From contig OY782578.1 of assembly GCA_963677945.1 (NCBI GenBank), forward strand, positions 2,011,258 to 2,075,257: a stretch of 64,000 bases of DNA, in the 5' to 3' direction. The notes under the pieces were generated by a model that ran no database searches, was not told where the DNA came from, and saw nothing but the letters and a program-made list of their open reading frames with translations. Positions 1 through 10,949 of the stretch are shown one piece after another. Both the position numbers and the translations under genes were made by a program. Position 1 is the first letter of the stretch; each line of letters opens with the position of its first letter. Origin of the DNA: an uncultured Bacteroides sp. GTDB taxonomy: Bacteria; Bacteroidota; Bacteroidia; Bacteroidales; Bacteroidaceae.

Positions 1-3000
1 TTAGACAAACATACAATATTGGCCGGAACAATGCGGGGATTGATAAGGTATAATACTCTTAATAACACTTCTAAAAGATTTGAAAGAAAAATGCTGCCTT
101 ATCTACCTGTTTATTCTATTATTAAAAAAAACAAGGAAAATGTTTATATAAGCAGCTGTAATGGGATATACCAACTGAATGTTACAACGAATAAAATGAC
201 ATTTATTTCTCTTCCGGAAGCTGGTAAAAAGAAAAGGTTGATATTTTCTCTAGCTGAAGATATACACAATAATTGTATATGGATAGGCACAGAGGGAGAA
301 TTGTTTAAATACAACTTAAACACAAAATCTATTGAGTTGATACCTTTCTTCTCAAATAACTCCATAAAATCAATCTCCACCGATTATTCAGGACACTTAT
401 GGATGGGTACAGACAATGGTCTGTATATTTATAATCCTAAGAATAAAACTAATGAATACTTTGTACATACTATAAAGAATAACAAGTCTTTAATTAATAA
501 TATTATTTGGGCTGTATTCGAGGATAGAGAAAAAAATATGTGGCTTGGGACCGATTGTGGAATCTCTCTATACAGAACAAATACTAGTCTTAAGATTCAT
601 CGCTGGGACGAGATTACTGGCTCTGATGAAGGTAACAGGCTGACTTGTATTTTTAGGGATTCTCATAAAAACTATTGGTTGGGTGGAACTAATGGAATTG
701 CATGCTATAATCCTGATAAACAAAAAAGTGTATGGTATAAAATGAGAGGTGGCAATAACTACATTTCTCATAACCGGATCAGATCTATTTATGAAGATAG
801 AAATAAAGATATATGGGTAGCTACAGATGGTGGTGTAAATCATTACAATAACCAAACGGAACGTTTCAATCATTATAGTATCATGGATAAATCTGCAGCC
901 CGGAATGCAAATTGGGCGTATGGTATATTTGATGATAGTAAGAACAAACTCTGGATTGGAACCTATCTAGGTGGGTTGTTTATGGTTGATAAGCAAAAGC
1001 TGATAAGCAGTGGCGGTGATACATATTTGGCAGACAGAAATTATTATATGAATGGATGCAAAAATGGCTTGTTAGGTAATGATGTTTTAATTAATTTGAA
1101 AGATAAAAAAGAAAATCCCGTTTTGATTATTGGTAACAAAGGGATAAACAGAATCAATGTGATGAAAAATTCTGTTGAACGAATTCCCTATACGCCAAAG
1201 AGTTCGGTTGTTTGTGCTATATTTGATAAGGCCGGCTTCTTATGGCTTGGAATGAAAGGCTCTATTGACCGACTAAACGTAGAGACTGGAAAAGTTCAAT
1301 CGATAGATACCAAACTCTTACAGAATATGAATATATCTTCAATGACTGAAGAAAATAATCATATTTGGGTTACAGCTTCCGAAGGTGTTTTCCTTATTAA
1401 TAAAACAGACTTTACCGTAAAGCACGTAAATTTAGGTGAACAACTCTATTTTTCTGGCTTTTATGATGCTTTTACAAAAAAAATGCTGTTGGGAGGCATA
1501 GACCATTATATAGAATTCTCTCCTGATAAAATATTAAAGGAAACTAACGGGCACATTCATGCAATTCTCACTTCTGTATATGTAAACGATGAACGTATCA
1601 ATACTGGTCAGACCTATGATGGTAATGTGATTCTGAAAAACAGTATAGGATATACAAAGGATATAATACTCAATAATAATCAAAACAATCTGGTTTTTGA
1701 ATTCTCTGATTTATTATACGGCAAAGCTGTAAAATCACGCTATGTTTATAAACTTGATGGGAGTGATAAAGAATGGCGCAATCTTGATGCCTCACCCTAC
1801 AAAATATCTTATTCAAATCTCTCGCCCGGTGATTATACTCTTTATATCCAGAAAAACAATGATAATGGAGCCAACGAAACAGTTTTAACTTTAAGTATTG
1901 TTATTCTCCATCCATGGTATAGTACTATTCTTGCTAAGATTGTCTATTTTAGTATTATAGTGTGGCTTTTTATGTGGGCTTTGAATTATTATCGTGTTAG
2001 AAACAGATTAAAAATAGAACGGATTCAAAGAGAGAAAACGCTAGAACTATCTAACATGAAAATGGATTTCCTCACAAATATATCTCATGAATTAAAAACT
2101 CCTTTGAGCCTAATTCTGAGTCCCGTTAGTAAATTACTGGACGACACAAAGAATCCACAAGTAAGAAATCATCTTCAGATGATTCATAAGAATGTGATAC
2201 GGTTAAATAATCTTGTTCATCAGATGATTGATTTTCGCGATATTGATCCTTCACAATCGGATGTTGTTCTTTCAAACCTGGAAATTGTTGAATTTATTAA
2301 AAGTATCCTTGAAGTACATCGTGAAGCTTTTGATTCCAAACACATTGCATTGGCTTTTGAAACAAATGTTTCTGATTTATATATAGATACCGATATTCAG
2401 AAAATGGAATCAGTTATCAATAATCTGATTTCTAATGCCTACAAATTCTCAAAAGAAAATGGAACTGTAAAAGTTGAATTGTCAATCAGTGAGGATGATA
2501 ATCTGGCTAAGAAACTTCATATCAGTGTTATTGATAACGGATGTGGTATACCTGAACGAGATTTGCCTTATATTTTCAATAGATTTTATCAGTCTAAAGA
2601 GAATCTGAATATGAATAGTGAGGGTTCCGGTATAGGACTTTCCATCGTCAAGAATTATATTGAACTTCTTCATGGGCATATTAAAATATTATCTGTTGAA
2701 AGAGAAGGTACTACTGTTATAATTGAATTGCCAATTATAAACAGTGATTTAAATATTCAAAAAGAAGATACCCGGAAGAGCATTATACAAGATGAAATTC
2801 AAAAGTATAAAATACTCATTGTTGAGGATAATATTGAAATAGCACGATTTATTTCCGAAAATCTGATAAATAGTGTTTGTATGATTGCTCATAATGGTAA
2901 AATGGGAATAGAAATGGCTATAAAGAATCAACCGGATATAATTATTGCAGATGTGATGATGCCTATAATGGATGGCCTTGAAATGAGTCGTTTGTTAAAA

Positions 3001-3558
3001 CATAATATAGTAACTGCAACTATTCCTATAATTATGCTGACAGCAAAAGACGATAAAAGAACAGAAACACAGGCCTTTAATTCAGGTGTTGAGGCTTTTA
3101 TCTCAAAACCATTTGATATAAAGCAACTGACCACCCGTATTGAACAATTAATTAATAGCAAAAAGCTATTGATAAATAAGCTTCGTCAGGCTACTGTCTT
3201 GGAAGATAAGCCTGTTGATATTCAGTCGCAAGATGAGAAGTTTATTTTGAATATAACTCAGATAATTGAAGACAGACTTGCAGAGCCCGACCTTAATGTG
3301 CAATATCTCGCAGATAGCACCGGGATAAGTGCAAAGCAAGTGTATCGGAAAATTAAATTGCTTACCGGACATACGGCAGTAGACTATATTAAGTTCATTC
3401 GTCTGAAAAAAGCTGCAATACTTTTAGGACAGAAGAAGTTCACTATAGCAGAAGTTATGTATATGGTAGGGTTCTCTAATCATTCTTATTTTTCGAAGTG
3501 CTTCTCTGAAAAATATGGGAAAACGCCCAAAGAATTCATGGAATCAACTGATTCTTAG
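1..3558 (+). CDS. Hybrid two-component sensor kinase/response regulator (HTCS), 5'-truncated; likely PUL1 regulator
   Basis: Frame is open from base 1. Beta-propeller WIGT/WxGT repeats, Y_Y_Y-like region, TM helix, HisKA (FLTNISHELKTPL), HATPase (DNGCGI, GSGIGL), receiver (DVMMPIMDG), AraC HTH (YMVGFSNHSYFSKCF). Confidence 0.95.
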   Translation, partial: LDKHTILAGTMRGLIRYNTLNNTSKRFERKMLPYLPVYSIIKKNKENVYISSCNGIYQLNVTTNKMTFISLPEAGKKKRLIFSLAEDIHNNCIWIGTEGELFKYNLNTKSIELIPFFSNNSIKSISTDYSGHLWMGTDNGLYIYNPKNKTNEYFVHTIKNNKSLINNIIWAVFEDREKNMWLGTDCGISLYRTNTSLKIHRWDEITGSDEGNRLTCIFRDSHKNYWLGGTNGIACYNPDKQKSVWYKMRGGNNYISHNRIRSIYEDRNKDIWVATDGGVNHYNNQTERFNHYSIMDKSAARNANWAYGIFDDSKNKLWIGTYLGGLFMVDKQKLISSGGDTYLADRNYYMNGCKNGLLGNDVLINLKDKKENPVLIIGNKGINRINVMKNSVERIPYTPKSSVVCAIFDKAGFLWLGMKGSIDRLNVETGKVQSIDTKLLQNMNISSMTEENNHIWVTASEGVFLINKTDFTVKHVNLGEQLYFSGFYDAFTKKMLLGGIDHYIEFSPDKILKETNGHIHAILTSVYVNDERINTGQTYDGNVILKNSIGYTKDIILNNNQNNLVFEFSDLLYGKAVKSRYVYKLDGSDKEWRNLDASPYKISYSNLSPGDYTLYIQKNNDNGANETVLTLSIVILHPWYSTILAKIVYFSIIVWLFMWALNYYRVRNRLKIERIQREKTLELSNMKMDFLTNISHELKTPLSLILSPVSKLLDDTKNPQVRNHLQMIHKNVIRLNNLVHQMIDFRDIDPSQSDVVLSNLEIVEFIKSILEVHREAFDSKHIALAFETNVSDLYIDTDIQKMESVINNLISNAYKFSKENGTVKVELSISEDDNLAKKLHISVIDNGCGIPERDLPYIFNRFYQSKENLNMNSEGSGIGLSIVKNYIELLHGHIKILSVEREGTTVIIELPIINSDLNIQKEDTRKSIIQDEIQKYKILIVEDNIEIARFISENLINSVCMIAHNGKMGIEMAIKNQPDIIIADVMMPIMDGLEMSRLLKHNIVTATIPIIMLTAKDDKRTETQAFNSGVEAFISKPFDIKQLTTRIEQLINSKKLLINKLRQATVLEDKPVDIQSQDEKFILNITQIIEDRLAEPDLNVQYLADSTGISAKQVYRKIKLLTGHTAVDYIKFIRLKKAAILLGQKKFTIAEVMYMVGFSNHSYFSKCFSEKYGKTPKEFMESTDS

Positions 3559-3565
3559 TACTGTT

Positions 3566-3671
3566 GTCTGATTTTTATTCATATTCATCCGATTTGTTTC
3601 TATAATGTCTGATTTCTTTCTATCCAGGTCTGATATAATCTAACCTTAAAAATAGAAGGATATTACATTTG
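3566..3671 (+). promoter_or_regulatory. Four direct repeats (RTCYGATWT) at 20-21 bp period plus a Bacteroidetes -7 element; probable HTCS operator and susC promoter
   Basis: gtctgattt 3566, atccgattt 3587, gtctgattt 3607, gtctgatat 3628; TAcaTTTG at 3664-3671. Confidence 0.7.
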
Positions 3672-3698
3672 CACAGAAACTTTAAAATCGGTAAAAGT

Positions 3699-6600
3699 AT
3701 GAAAAAACACAATCTTGGACGCAGAGATTCCTATTATGAAATGAATCTGCTGAAAGTACCCAAATTCTTCTTTAAAGGGTTAATTACAGCTTTATTATTT
3801 TTTTGTATAACAACAGCTTTTGCTCAACAGAAGTCAGTTGTTGCAGGTACTGTTGTTGATGAAGGAAGCAATCCTATTATTGGTGCATCAGTAACTGTTT
3901 CGGGGCAAAAAGTCGGTACGGTAACCGATATAAACGGAAAGTTCTCTATTAATGTAGAGCCAAACAAAACTCTTGAAGTAACATTTATTGGTTTTGTATC
4001 ACAAAAAGTTCCGGTAAAAGGTCAGAAAACAATCAATATTGTTTTGCGAGAGGACAATCAGGTGCTTAACGAAGTAATTGTAACTGGTTATGGTGCTGTT
4101 TCAAAGAAAAACCTTACAACTTCTATTGTTAAAGTAAAAGCAGATGATGTTCCTAAGGCTGCCAATAGTAACATGTCTCAAATGTTGATGGGACGTGCTG
4201 CTGGTTTGCAGGCAACAGTTTCCAGTGCTCAACCGGGTGGAGGTATTGACATTACCATTCGTGGTGGAGGTGCACCTATTTATGTAGTTGATGGTGTTGT
4301 AATGCCTGGTTCTTCTTTGGAAGCGAATTCAGGAGGTAGTACAACTGTTATTCCATCGAATGTAAACCGTTCTGGCTTGGCTGGCTTGAATCCTGATGAC
4401 ATTGAGTCTATTGAAGTACTGAAAGATGCATCAGCTTCTATTTATGGTATTGGTGCCGCCAATGGTGTAGTTTTAATTACTACCAAAAAAGGTAAGGAAG
4501 GCAAAATGAGAGTTACCTATGATGGAAGTTTGTCATCTGTATCTAATTATAAATATATCCAATCTTTGGATGCTAAGGACTACATGAGTTATGTCAATGT
4601 ATTCAAAAAGGAACAGTATTTATATAATAATGGTCAGGGTGTGTATGGTAGTACTGCTTATGATGGTGGTAGTTCTGAAGTGTTTACAGCTTCGGATATA
4701 GCTTCTGCACAAACAACAAACTGGCGTAATATGATACTTCGTAACGGAAGCATATCTAATCATAATGTTACAGTTCAGGGAGGATCGAACGCTTTGCAAT
4801 ATTATTTATCTGGAAATTACTTCAACCAGGTAGGCACGGTAGAGAACTCAGCCATGGAGCGTTTTACTTTACGAAGTAATATAGCTTCTCAGCTTACAAG
4901 TTTCCTAAAATTAACGGCAGCTATCAACTTTAATAAAAACCGGAATAATAATGGTACGGTAGGTGGTTCATCTAATGGCCGTGGTGGACAGGCTTCCGGA
5001 TCTTTAGCTGCAGCGCTTTCTTATCCTACAAATATGTCGATAAAAGATGCAGATGGGAAATATACTACATTCCTTACTATTCCTAATCCTGTTGGAATGC
5101 TTGATATTGATGATGTCTCCGTTTCGGAAGGTTATAATATGAATTTCACAATGGATTTTGATATTATAAAGAATATGCTGGCGGCAAAAGTTCTGTATGG
5201 TTATAACCGTGAAACTTCTGATCGTAGTGTTTACATTCCATCAAACGTTTATTATGACCAGGTATTTCAGTCACGCGGTAGTTTGCAGAAAAATGTTCGT
5301 GATAACAGTACTATGGAGGCCACTATTTCCTTTAATAAGAGTTTCCTGGATAAGTTTACATTTGATGCAGTTGTAGGAATGGGACGTTATTTTAATAATT
5401 ATAACGGTCTGGGTGTTTCTTACACTGATATTAATGACGTTATTCAGAATTATAATATCTCTGCAGCTACAGGTAGTGTTGCACAGTCATCTTATAAAGC
5501 AGCAGATGAAAAACGTTCTCAGTTTGGTCGTTTTAGTCTGGATATTCTTGACCGCTATGTTATAGCTGGTAGCCTTCGTCGCGACGGAACCGATAAGTTC
5601 TTTAAAGATAAGAAATATGCATGGTTCCCATCTGTTTCTTTAGCATGGAAGATTTTTAACGAGAAGTTCATGAAGAACATTGAGTGGGTAAACTTGCTTA
5701 AATTAAGAGCTTCTTATGGTGTAACGGGTAATGACAATCTGGGAACCACATTGTATGGATCTTATGGAGCTTTTGGTCATTATGTAGAGTTTGATCAGAA
5801 TAGTACCAAGTATATACCATTTGTTTTGAACAGTCAGGATTACCCAAATGTAACATGGGAGAAAACAGTAATGAAAAATGTTGGTCTTGATTTCTCAATT
5901 TTTAAAGATCGTATTAGCGGCAGTTTTGATTATTTCTGGAATGATGTAACAGATATGCTGGGCACTGCAAATTCTAACGGACTATCTATGTTTGGAACAT
6001 ATCCAATTAATGGAGGACACATCCGTCGTTATGGATGGGATGCTACGATTAATACAAAGAATATAATAACAAAGAATTTCCGTTGGAACAGTATGCTTAC
6101 ATTGTCTCACTACAATGCTATCTGGAAAGAGAGAATGCCTAACTATGATTATGCAGAATATCAGGTACGTAAAGATGAACCGGTCAATGCACTCTATTTT
6201 TATCGCACCGATGGTCTTGTAAATGCAACAATGAGCAATTGCCCCGATTATCAGCCGGATGGATATAAGAAACCGGGTTGTCCTATTATCAAAGATTTGA
6301 ATGGTGATGGTGCAATTACTATTGGCGATGTTGATATGGTAAATGTAGTGCCTGATATTTACCTTGGTTTTGGAAATACATTCTACTACAAGAACTGGGA
6401 TTTGAACGTCTTTGTATACTCACAACTTGGTTTGAAGAAATATAATTATATATATTCATGGTGTAACGGAACTCAGTTAGCTAACCAAACCTTGAACCAA
6501 AGCACTTATATAAAAGATGCATGGACTTCTGATAATCAGAATGGTAACCTTCCTGGTATTGCATATTATTTATCTTCAGTATCTCTGCCTGGTGGCTGTG

Positions 6601-6863
6601 GTACAGATGTGGGATATCAGAATTCTTCATTCCTTAGAGTTCGTAATATAACCTTAGGTTATACTTTCAACGAAAAAAGTCTGGGAGCATTGAGCAAGTA
6701 TTTTAATACAGTACGTATTTATGCAGATGCTCAGAATCCATTAACAATAACAAACTTCAAAGGTTTTGATCCTGAAGTTTATACAGGAAACAATTATAAA
6801 GCTGGAAAAGCAGAGTATCCACAGATCCGTACTTTCTCAATGGGTGTAAAAGTTTCCTTCTAA
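3699..6863 (+). CDS. susC: SusC-like TonB-dependent transporter (PUL1)
   Basis: N-terminal CarboxypepD_reg-like domain, plug signature NPDDIESIEVLKDASASIYG..ANGVVLITTKKG, C-terminal YPQIRTFSMGVKVSF. The track's TTG at 3669 lies inside the -7 element, so ATG 3699 (or a later ATG) is the likely start. Confidence 0.95.
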   Translation: MKKHNLGRRDSYYEMNLLKVPKFFFKGLITALLFFCITTAFAQQKSVVAGTVVDEGSNPIIGASVTVSGQKVGTVTDINGKFSINVEPNKTLEVTFIGFVSQKVPVKGQKTINIVLREDNQVLNEVIVTGYGAVSKKNLTTSIVKVKADDVPKAANSNMSQMLMGRAAGLQATVSSAQPGGGIDITIRGGGAPIYVVDGVVMPGSSLEANSGGSTTVIPSNVNRSGLAGLNPDDIESIEVLKDASASIYGIGAANGVVLITTKKGKEGKMRVTYDGSLSSVSNYKYIQSLDAKDYMSYVNVFKKEQYLYNNGQGVYGSTAYDGGSSEVFTASDIASAQTTNWRNMILRNGSISNHNVTVQGGSNALQYYLSGNYFNQVGTVENSAMERFTLRSNIASQLTSFLKLTAAINFNKNRNNNGTVGGSSNGRGGQASGSLAAALSYPTNMSIKDADGKYTTFLTIPNPVGMLDIDDVSVSEGYNMNFTMDFDIIKNMLAAKVLYGYNRETSDRSVYIPSNVYYDQVFQSRGSLQKNVRDNSTMEATISFNKSFLDKFTFDAVVGMGRYFNNYNGLGVSYTDINDVIQNYNISAATGSVAQSSYKAADEKRSQFGRFSLDILDRYVIAGSLRRDGTDKFFKDKKYAWFPSVSLAWKIFNEKFMKNIEWVNLLKLRASYGVTGNDNLGTTLYGSYGAFGHYVEFDQNSTKYIPFVLNSQDYPNVTWEKTVMKNVGLDFSIFKDRISGSFDYFWNDVTDMLGTANSNGLSMFGTYPINGGHIRRYGWDATINTKNIITKNFRWNSMLTLSHYNAIWKERMPNYDYAEYQVRKDEPVNALYFYRTDGLVNATMSNCPDYQPDGYKKPGCPIIKDLNGDGAITIGDVDMVNVVPDIYLGFGNTFYYKNWDLNVFVYSQLGLKKYNYIYSWCNGTQLANQTLNQSTYIKDAWTSDNQNGNLPGIAYYLSSVSLPGGCGTDVGYQNSSFLRVRNITLGYTFNEKSLGALSKYFNTVRIYADAQNPLTITNFKGFDPEVYTGNNYKAGKAEYPQIRTFSMGVKVSF

Positions 6864-6884
6864 TCAATTAAAGACACAAATAAT

Positions 6885-8495
6885 ATGAAAAAGATAATAT
6901 TTGCTTTACTGGCATCAGGAGCTTTGCTCTTCTCCGGTTGTGAAAATGACTTTGATGCAAAAATCTATGGTTCTCTGTCAACGACTAACTATCCTTCATC
7001 CAAAGCCGACTATGAAAATTATATGATGGATTGTTATATCCCATTCTGTATTAACTGGGGATATACTTTCTCTTCCTGGCAGGAAGGATTTTATGTGGCA
7101 GAAGGTGGTACTATCCGTATGTTCGATTCTACTTCCGATTTATGTGCTCCCTGGACAATCTCAACATGGGGTGGTGATTTTCAGCGTATGACGCAGGGAA
7201 AGTTTGACGATCTTAAATATGCAGGTCGTGCTACAGGCGGTACTCCTTCTCATTTCGAAAAAGTACGTGATGTAACCCGTATGACAAAAGTGATTGCTAC
7301 ACTTCAAAATGCCCCATCCAGTGTTTTAAGTGATGAAAAGAAAAACGAATTTATTGGTGAGGCTCGTTTATGTCGGGGTATGGTTATGTATTACCTGCTT
7401 CATTTTTATGGACCAGTACCGGTGATATTGGATGATAATTATATAGGCGATGCAGATGCAGAGGCCAACTTAGTTCGTCCTTCATTGGATGATATGACTA
7501 AGTATATCACTGATGATCTTGAATATGCAGCAGAGAATTGCTCCGAAACACAGTCGGAAAAAGGACGCTATACTGCAGATTATGCTCGCTTTTGTCTGAT
7601 GCGTCATTATCTGAATGAAGGTGCTCACATGGCCGGTTATTATCAAAAGGCTTATGATATGTTCAGTAAGTTCACCGGAAGTTATTCGTTATATAATAAT
7701 GGAACCAACCCTTATGTCGATCAGTTTAAAATTGCCAACAAGTTCAATAGCGAGGTGATTATGGCTGTTTCTTGTAATAGCAATGCTACAGGTAACGGAA
7801 ATGAAGGAAACTTTAATCCTCTTTCCTGGTATGTTGTTCCAGGTAATGCAACCAAATATGACGGCAATGGCAAAGCTACTCCATTTGTTTATCAAGGAGG
7901 GGGCTGGGGACAGTGCTTCAATATTGATCCACAATTTTATGCAACATTTGAATCCGGAGACTTAAGAGCACAAACAATCCTGACTTCTTATTACAGTAAC
8001 AATTATGGTTTGGTAAAATCTTCCGATATTGGTGATAAATGGAATGGCTATATTATCAATAAATATCCTATTGAAACAGCAACTTCATTCCAGGGAACAG
8101 ATTTCCCTTTGGCTCGTTGGGCAGATGTTCTTTTAATGTATGCCGAAGCTGATGTTCGTTTGAAAAACGCAGTTTCTTCTTCAGCAATCAGTTGTGTAAA
8201 TCAGGTTCGTAATCGTGCTGGATTATCAAATCTTACTACCGACAAAACATCTTCACCAAGTGCATTCCTTGATGCTCTGCTTACAGAACGTGGACATGAA
8301 CTGATGTATGAAGGTGGACGAAAAGTAGATTTGATTCGTTTCAACAAGTATAATACAATAATGACAGCTTATGGACGTATGCCGTCTAGTCAGTATTTCC
8401 CGTTACCGAACTATGCTGTTGAACAGGCAGAAAAATCAGGATTTACTTTAACACAGTATTTCACTCGTACTGATTATGATGGATCTGCTAAATAA
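6885..8495 (+). CDS. susD: SusD/RagB family lipoprotein (PUL1)
   Basis: Lipobox LFSGC, GEARLCRG, RWADVLLMYAEA, ERGHELMYEGGRKVDLIRF; directly after susC. Confidence 0.93.
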   Translation: MKKIIFALLASGALLFSGCENDFDAKIYGSLSTTNYPSSKADYENYMMDCYIPFCINWGYTFSSWQEGFYVAEGGTIRMFDSTSDLCAPWTISTWGGDFQRMTQGKFDDLKYAGRATGGTPSHFEKVRDVTRMTKVIATLQNAPSSVLSDEKKNEFIGEARLCRGMVMYYLLHFYGPVPVILDDNYIGDADAEANLVRPSLDDMTKYITDDLEYAAENCSETQSEKGRYTADYARFCLMRHYLNEGAHMAGYYQKAYDMFSKFTGSYSLYNNGTNPYVDQFKIANKFNSEVIMAVSCNSNATGNGNEGNFNPLSWYVVPGNATKYDGNGKATPFVYQGGGWGQCFNIDPQFYATFESGDLRAQTILTSYYSNNYGLVKSSDIGDKWNGYIINKYPIETATSFQGTDFPLARWADVLLMYAEADVRLKNAVSSSAISCVNQVRNRAGLSNLTTDKTSSPSAFLDALLTERGHELMYEGGRKVDLIRFNKYNTIMTAYGRMPSSQYFPLPNYAVEQAEKSGFTLTQYFTRTDYDGSAK

Positions 8496-8516
8496 ATAGA
8501 CTTGGAAAATGATTAA

Positions 8517-8554
8517 TAAGGTAGTTATTTCAAATAGCTGAGATAACTACCTTA
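8517..8554 (+). terminator. 16-bp stem hairpin between susD and GH2 (intra-PUL terminator or stabiliser)
   Basis: taaggtagttatttca ... tgagataactacctta, with one G-U pair. Confidence 0.65.
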
Positions 8555-8591
8555 ATTAACTCTTATAAGTAAATTCAATATTAAAATAATT

Positions 8592-10931
8592 ATGAAAAGG
8601 CTCCTTACTATATTGTTTGTTCTCTTTTTAATAAGCATTCAATCGGAAACTGTTATAGCTCAAAATCTATTCAATAAAGGGTGGAAATTCTTTCGCTGTG
8701 ATTCACTTACTTCATCTGTAAAAGAACAGTTTTTTTCAAATGCGTTTGATGATACTGCATGGGAATCAGTAACTATTCCTCATACTCCCCGTATTGAGCC
8801 GTTAGTTGTGAACAATCAGTGGCAGGGAGATTGTCTGTATCGTAAAACATTTCAGTTGCCTGAAAACGATCGGGGAAAAATGCTGTTTATAAAGTTTGAT
8901 GCTGCAATGAATGCCGCAGAAGTATGGATAAATGGAATAAAGGCTGGGAGTCATTTAGGAGGATATTTACCATTTAGTATAGATATAACCTCTAAAGTTC
9001 ATTTCGGTGCATTAAACACAATTGCTGTAAAGCTTGACAATAGAGACAATGCTGTAACAGGTCCGAAGCCATTAAAACTTCTCGATTTTAATACCTATGG
9101 AGGTATCTACAGGAATGTGAGTCTGATAGTAAAATCTCCAGTCTATATTACTGATGCAAATTATGAAAATGAAACAGCCGGAGGAGGAGTTTTCTTTCAC
9201 GCATCAGATATTTCATCTGCTAATGCCACAATACACACAAAAACACACGTCAGAAATCAATCCGGGAAAAATGTAAAAGTAAAGGTTTACTATTCACTAT
9301 ATAATAATAAAAATACTAAAGTTGCCACTTTTCAATCTGCACAGAAAACTATTCCGTCAGGAGAAAGTAATTATTATGAATCCGACGCTAAAATAATGTC
9401 ACCAGCACTCTGGTCGCCCGATTCTCCATCGCTATATACACTACATGTAACCGTTTTGGCAGATAATAAGAAAGTTGACGAAGAACAAATAAAAGTTGGA
9501 ATACGGGATATTAAGATAACTAACGAAGGTTGCTGGATTAATGGTAAGAAAACATTTCTTAGGGGAGTCAATCGACATCAGGAGTATCCTTATATAGGAT
9601 ATGCACTTTCTGATAATGCCCAGTACAGAGATGCTTATATCATTAAACAAAGTGGCTTCGACTATGTTCGTTGTTCGCATTATCCACCTTCACCGGCTTT
9701 TCTTAAGGCTTGCGACGAACTGGGAATATTGGTTCTTGATGCAGTACTTGGATGGCAGTATTTTGGTGATGAGGCTTTTGCGCAACATGTGCTGAATTCT
9801 TCACGCCAATTAATTCGAAGAGATCGCAATCATCCTTGCGTTCTGGCATGGGAACTTTCCATCAATGAATCTCCAATGCCTGAAACTTTTATGAAGCAGG
9901 CACACCAGATTGTCAGTGAAGAATATCCCTATGGAAAACCTTATTCTGCAGGGTGGATAAATAAAATATATGATATTTATATTCAAGCTCGCCAACACCG
10001 TCATGGTGAGGATAAAACAAGACCTCTTATTGTATCTGAATATGGAGATTGGGAGTACTATGCACAGAATGCCGGATTTAATCAGGATAGCTGGGCTGAT
10101 TTAAAGAGTGAAGAAAGAAATAGTCGCCAGCCTCGTGATGCCGGAGAAATAAGATTGTTGCAACAAGCAAGAAATGTACAGGAAGCACATAACGACAATC
10201 TTTCCACGCATGCCTTTGCCGATGGTTACTGGGCTATGTTTGATTATAACAGAGGATATAGTAATGACCTGGAATATTCTGGTGCAATGGATATTTTCAG
10301 ACTTCCTAAGTATGCATCATACTTTTTCCAAAGTCAGTGTTCAGCGCAGGGAGAAGGATGTTTCTCAAAACCAATGATTTTTATTGCTTCAGGATGGACG
10401 CTGGGTGTATCAAAAAACGTGAGAGTATTTAGTAATTGCGATGAAGTGGAGTTATATGTAGATGGTAAATTGCTTGAAAAGCGCAAACCAGACACAGATT
10501 TATTGTCCTCAAACCTGAAGCATCCACCATTTACCTTTAACGTAAGTTGTTTAAAAGCTGGCAAACTGGAAGCTGTTGGTTATATTAAAAATAAAAGATC
10601 TGTCAGCCAGATTGTTGAAACAGCAGGGAAAGCAGATCATTTAGCTCTTTCATGCAATATTGCAGGGCGTAAGCCACAGGTTGGTTGCAATGACGTGATA
10701 TTTATTTATGCAAGTTTACAAGATAAGCAGGGTTTCACTGTTACTAATACAAAAATACCTGTTAGTTTTGTAGTGGAAGGTGATGCTCAAATTATCGGAA
10801 ATAATCAACCTGTAACAGAAGCTGGCATTGCACCTATTCTGCTTCGTTTAGGTAATAAGAAGGAAAGTCTAAAGATAAAAGCATTTTCTGATAAGTTGCA
10901 ATCTGCAGAATTATTGATAAAACCAGAATAA
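8592..10931 (+). CDS. Glycoside hydrolase family 2 (beta-galactosidase/beta-glycosidase), secreted
   Basis: Signal peptide, GSHLGGYLPF, YGGIYRNV, RGVNRHQEYP, RCSHYP, acid/base WELSINE, nucleophile VSEYG. Confidence 0.92.
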   Translation: MKRLLTILFVLFLISIQSETVIAQNLFNKGWKFFRCDSLTSSVKEQFFSNAFDDTAWESVTIPHTPRIEPLVVNNQWQGDCLYRKTFQLPENDRGKMLFIKFDAAMNAAEVWINGIKAGSHLGGYLPFSIDITSKVHFGALNTIAVKLDNRDNAVTGPKPLKLLDFNTYGGIYRNVSLIVKSPVYITDANYENETAGGGVFFHASDISSANATIHTKTHVRNQSGKNVKVKVYYSLYNNKNTKVATFQSAQKTIPSGESNYYESDAKIMSPALWSPDSPSLYTLHVTVLADNKKVDEEQIKVGIRDIKITNEGCWINGKKTFLRGVNRHQEYPYIGYALSDNAQYRDAYIIKQSGFDYVRCSHYPPSPAFLKACDELGILVLDAVLGWQYFGDEAFAQHVLNSSRQLIRRDRNHPCVLAWELSINESPMPETFMKQAHQIVSEEYPYGKPYSAGWINKIYDIYIQARQHRHGEDKTRPLIVSEYGDWEYYAQNAGFNQDSWADLKSEERNSRQPRDAGEIRLLQQARNVQEAHNDNLSTHAFADGYWAMFDYNRGYSNDLEYSGAMDIFRLPKYASYFFQSQCSAQGEGCFSKPMIFIASGWTLGVSKNVRVFSNCDEVELYVDGKLLEKRKPDTDLLSSNLKHPPFTFNVSCLKAGKLEAVGYIKNKRSVSQIVETAGKADHLALSCNIAGRKPQVGCNDVIFIYASLQDKQGFTVTNTKIPVSFVVEGDAQIIGNNQPVTEAGIAPILLRLGNKKESLKIKAFSDKLQSAELLIKPE

Positions 10932-10949
10932 CCTATTTAATTAAGTGCT

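Noticed and set aside
3669-3698. TTG start of susC1 given by the track
   Set aside because: It overlaps the TAcaTTTG -7 element, so it would not be transcribed; ATG 3699 or later is more plausible. The HTCS2 start at 26622 is rejected for the same reason.
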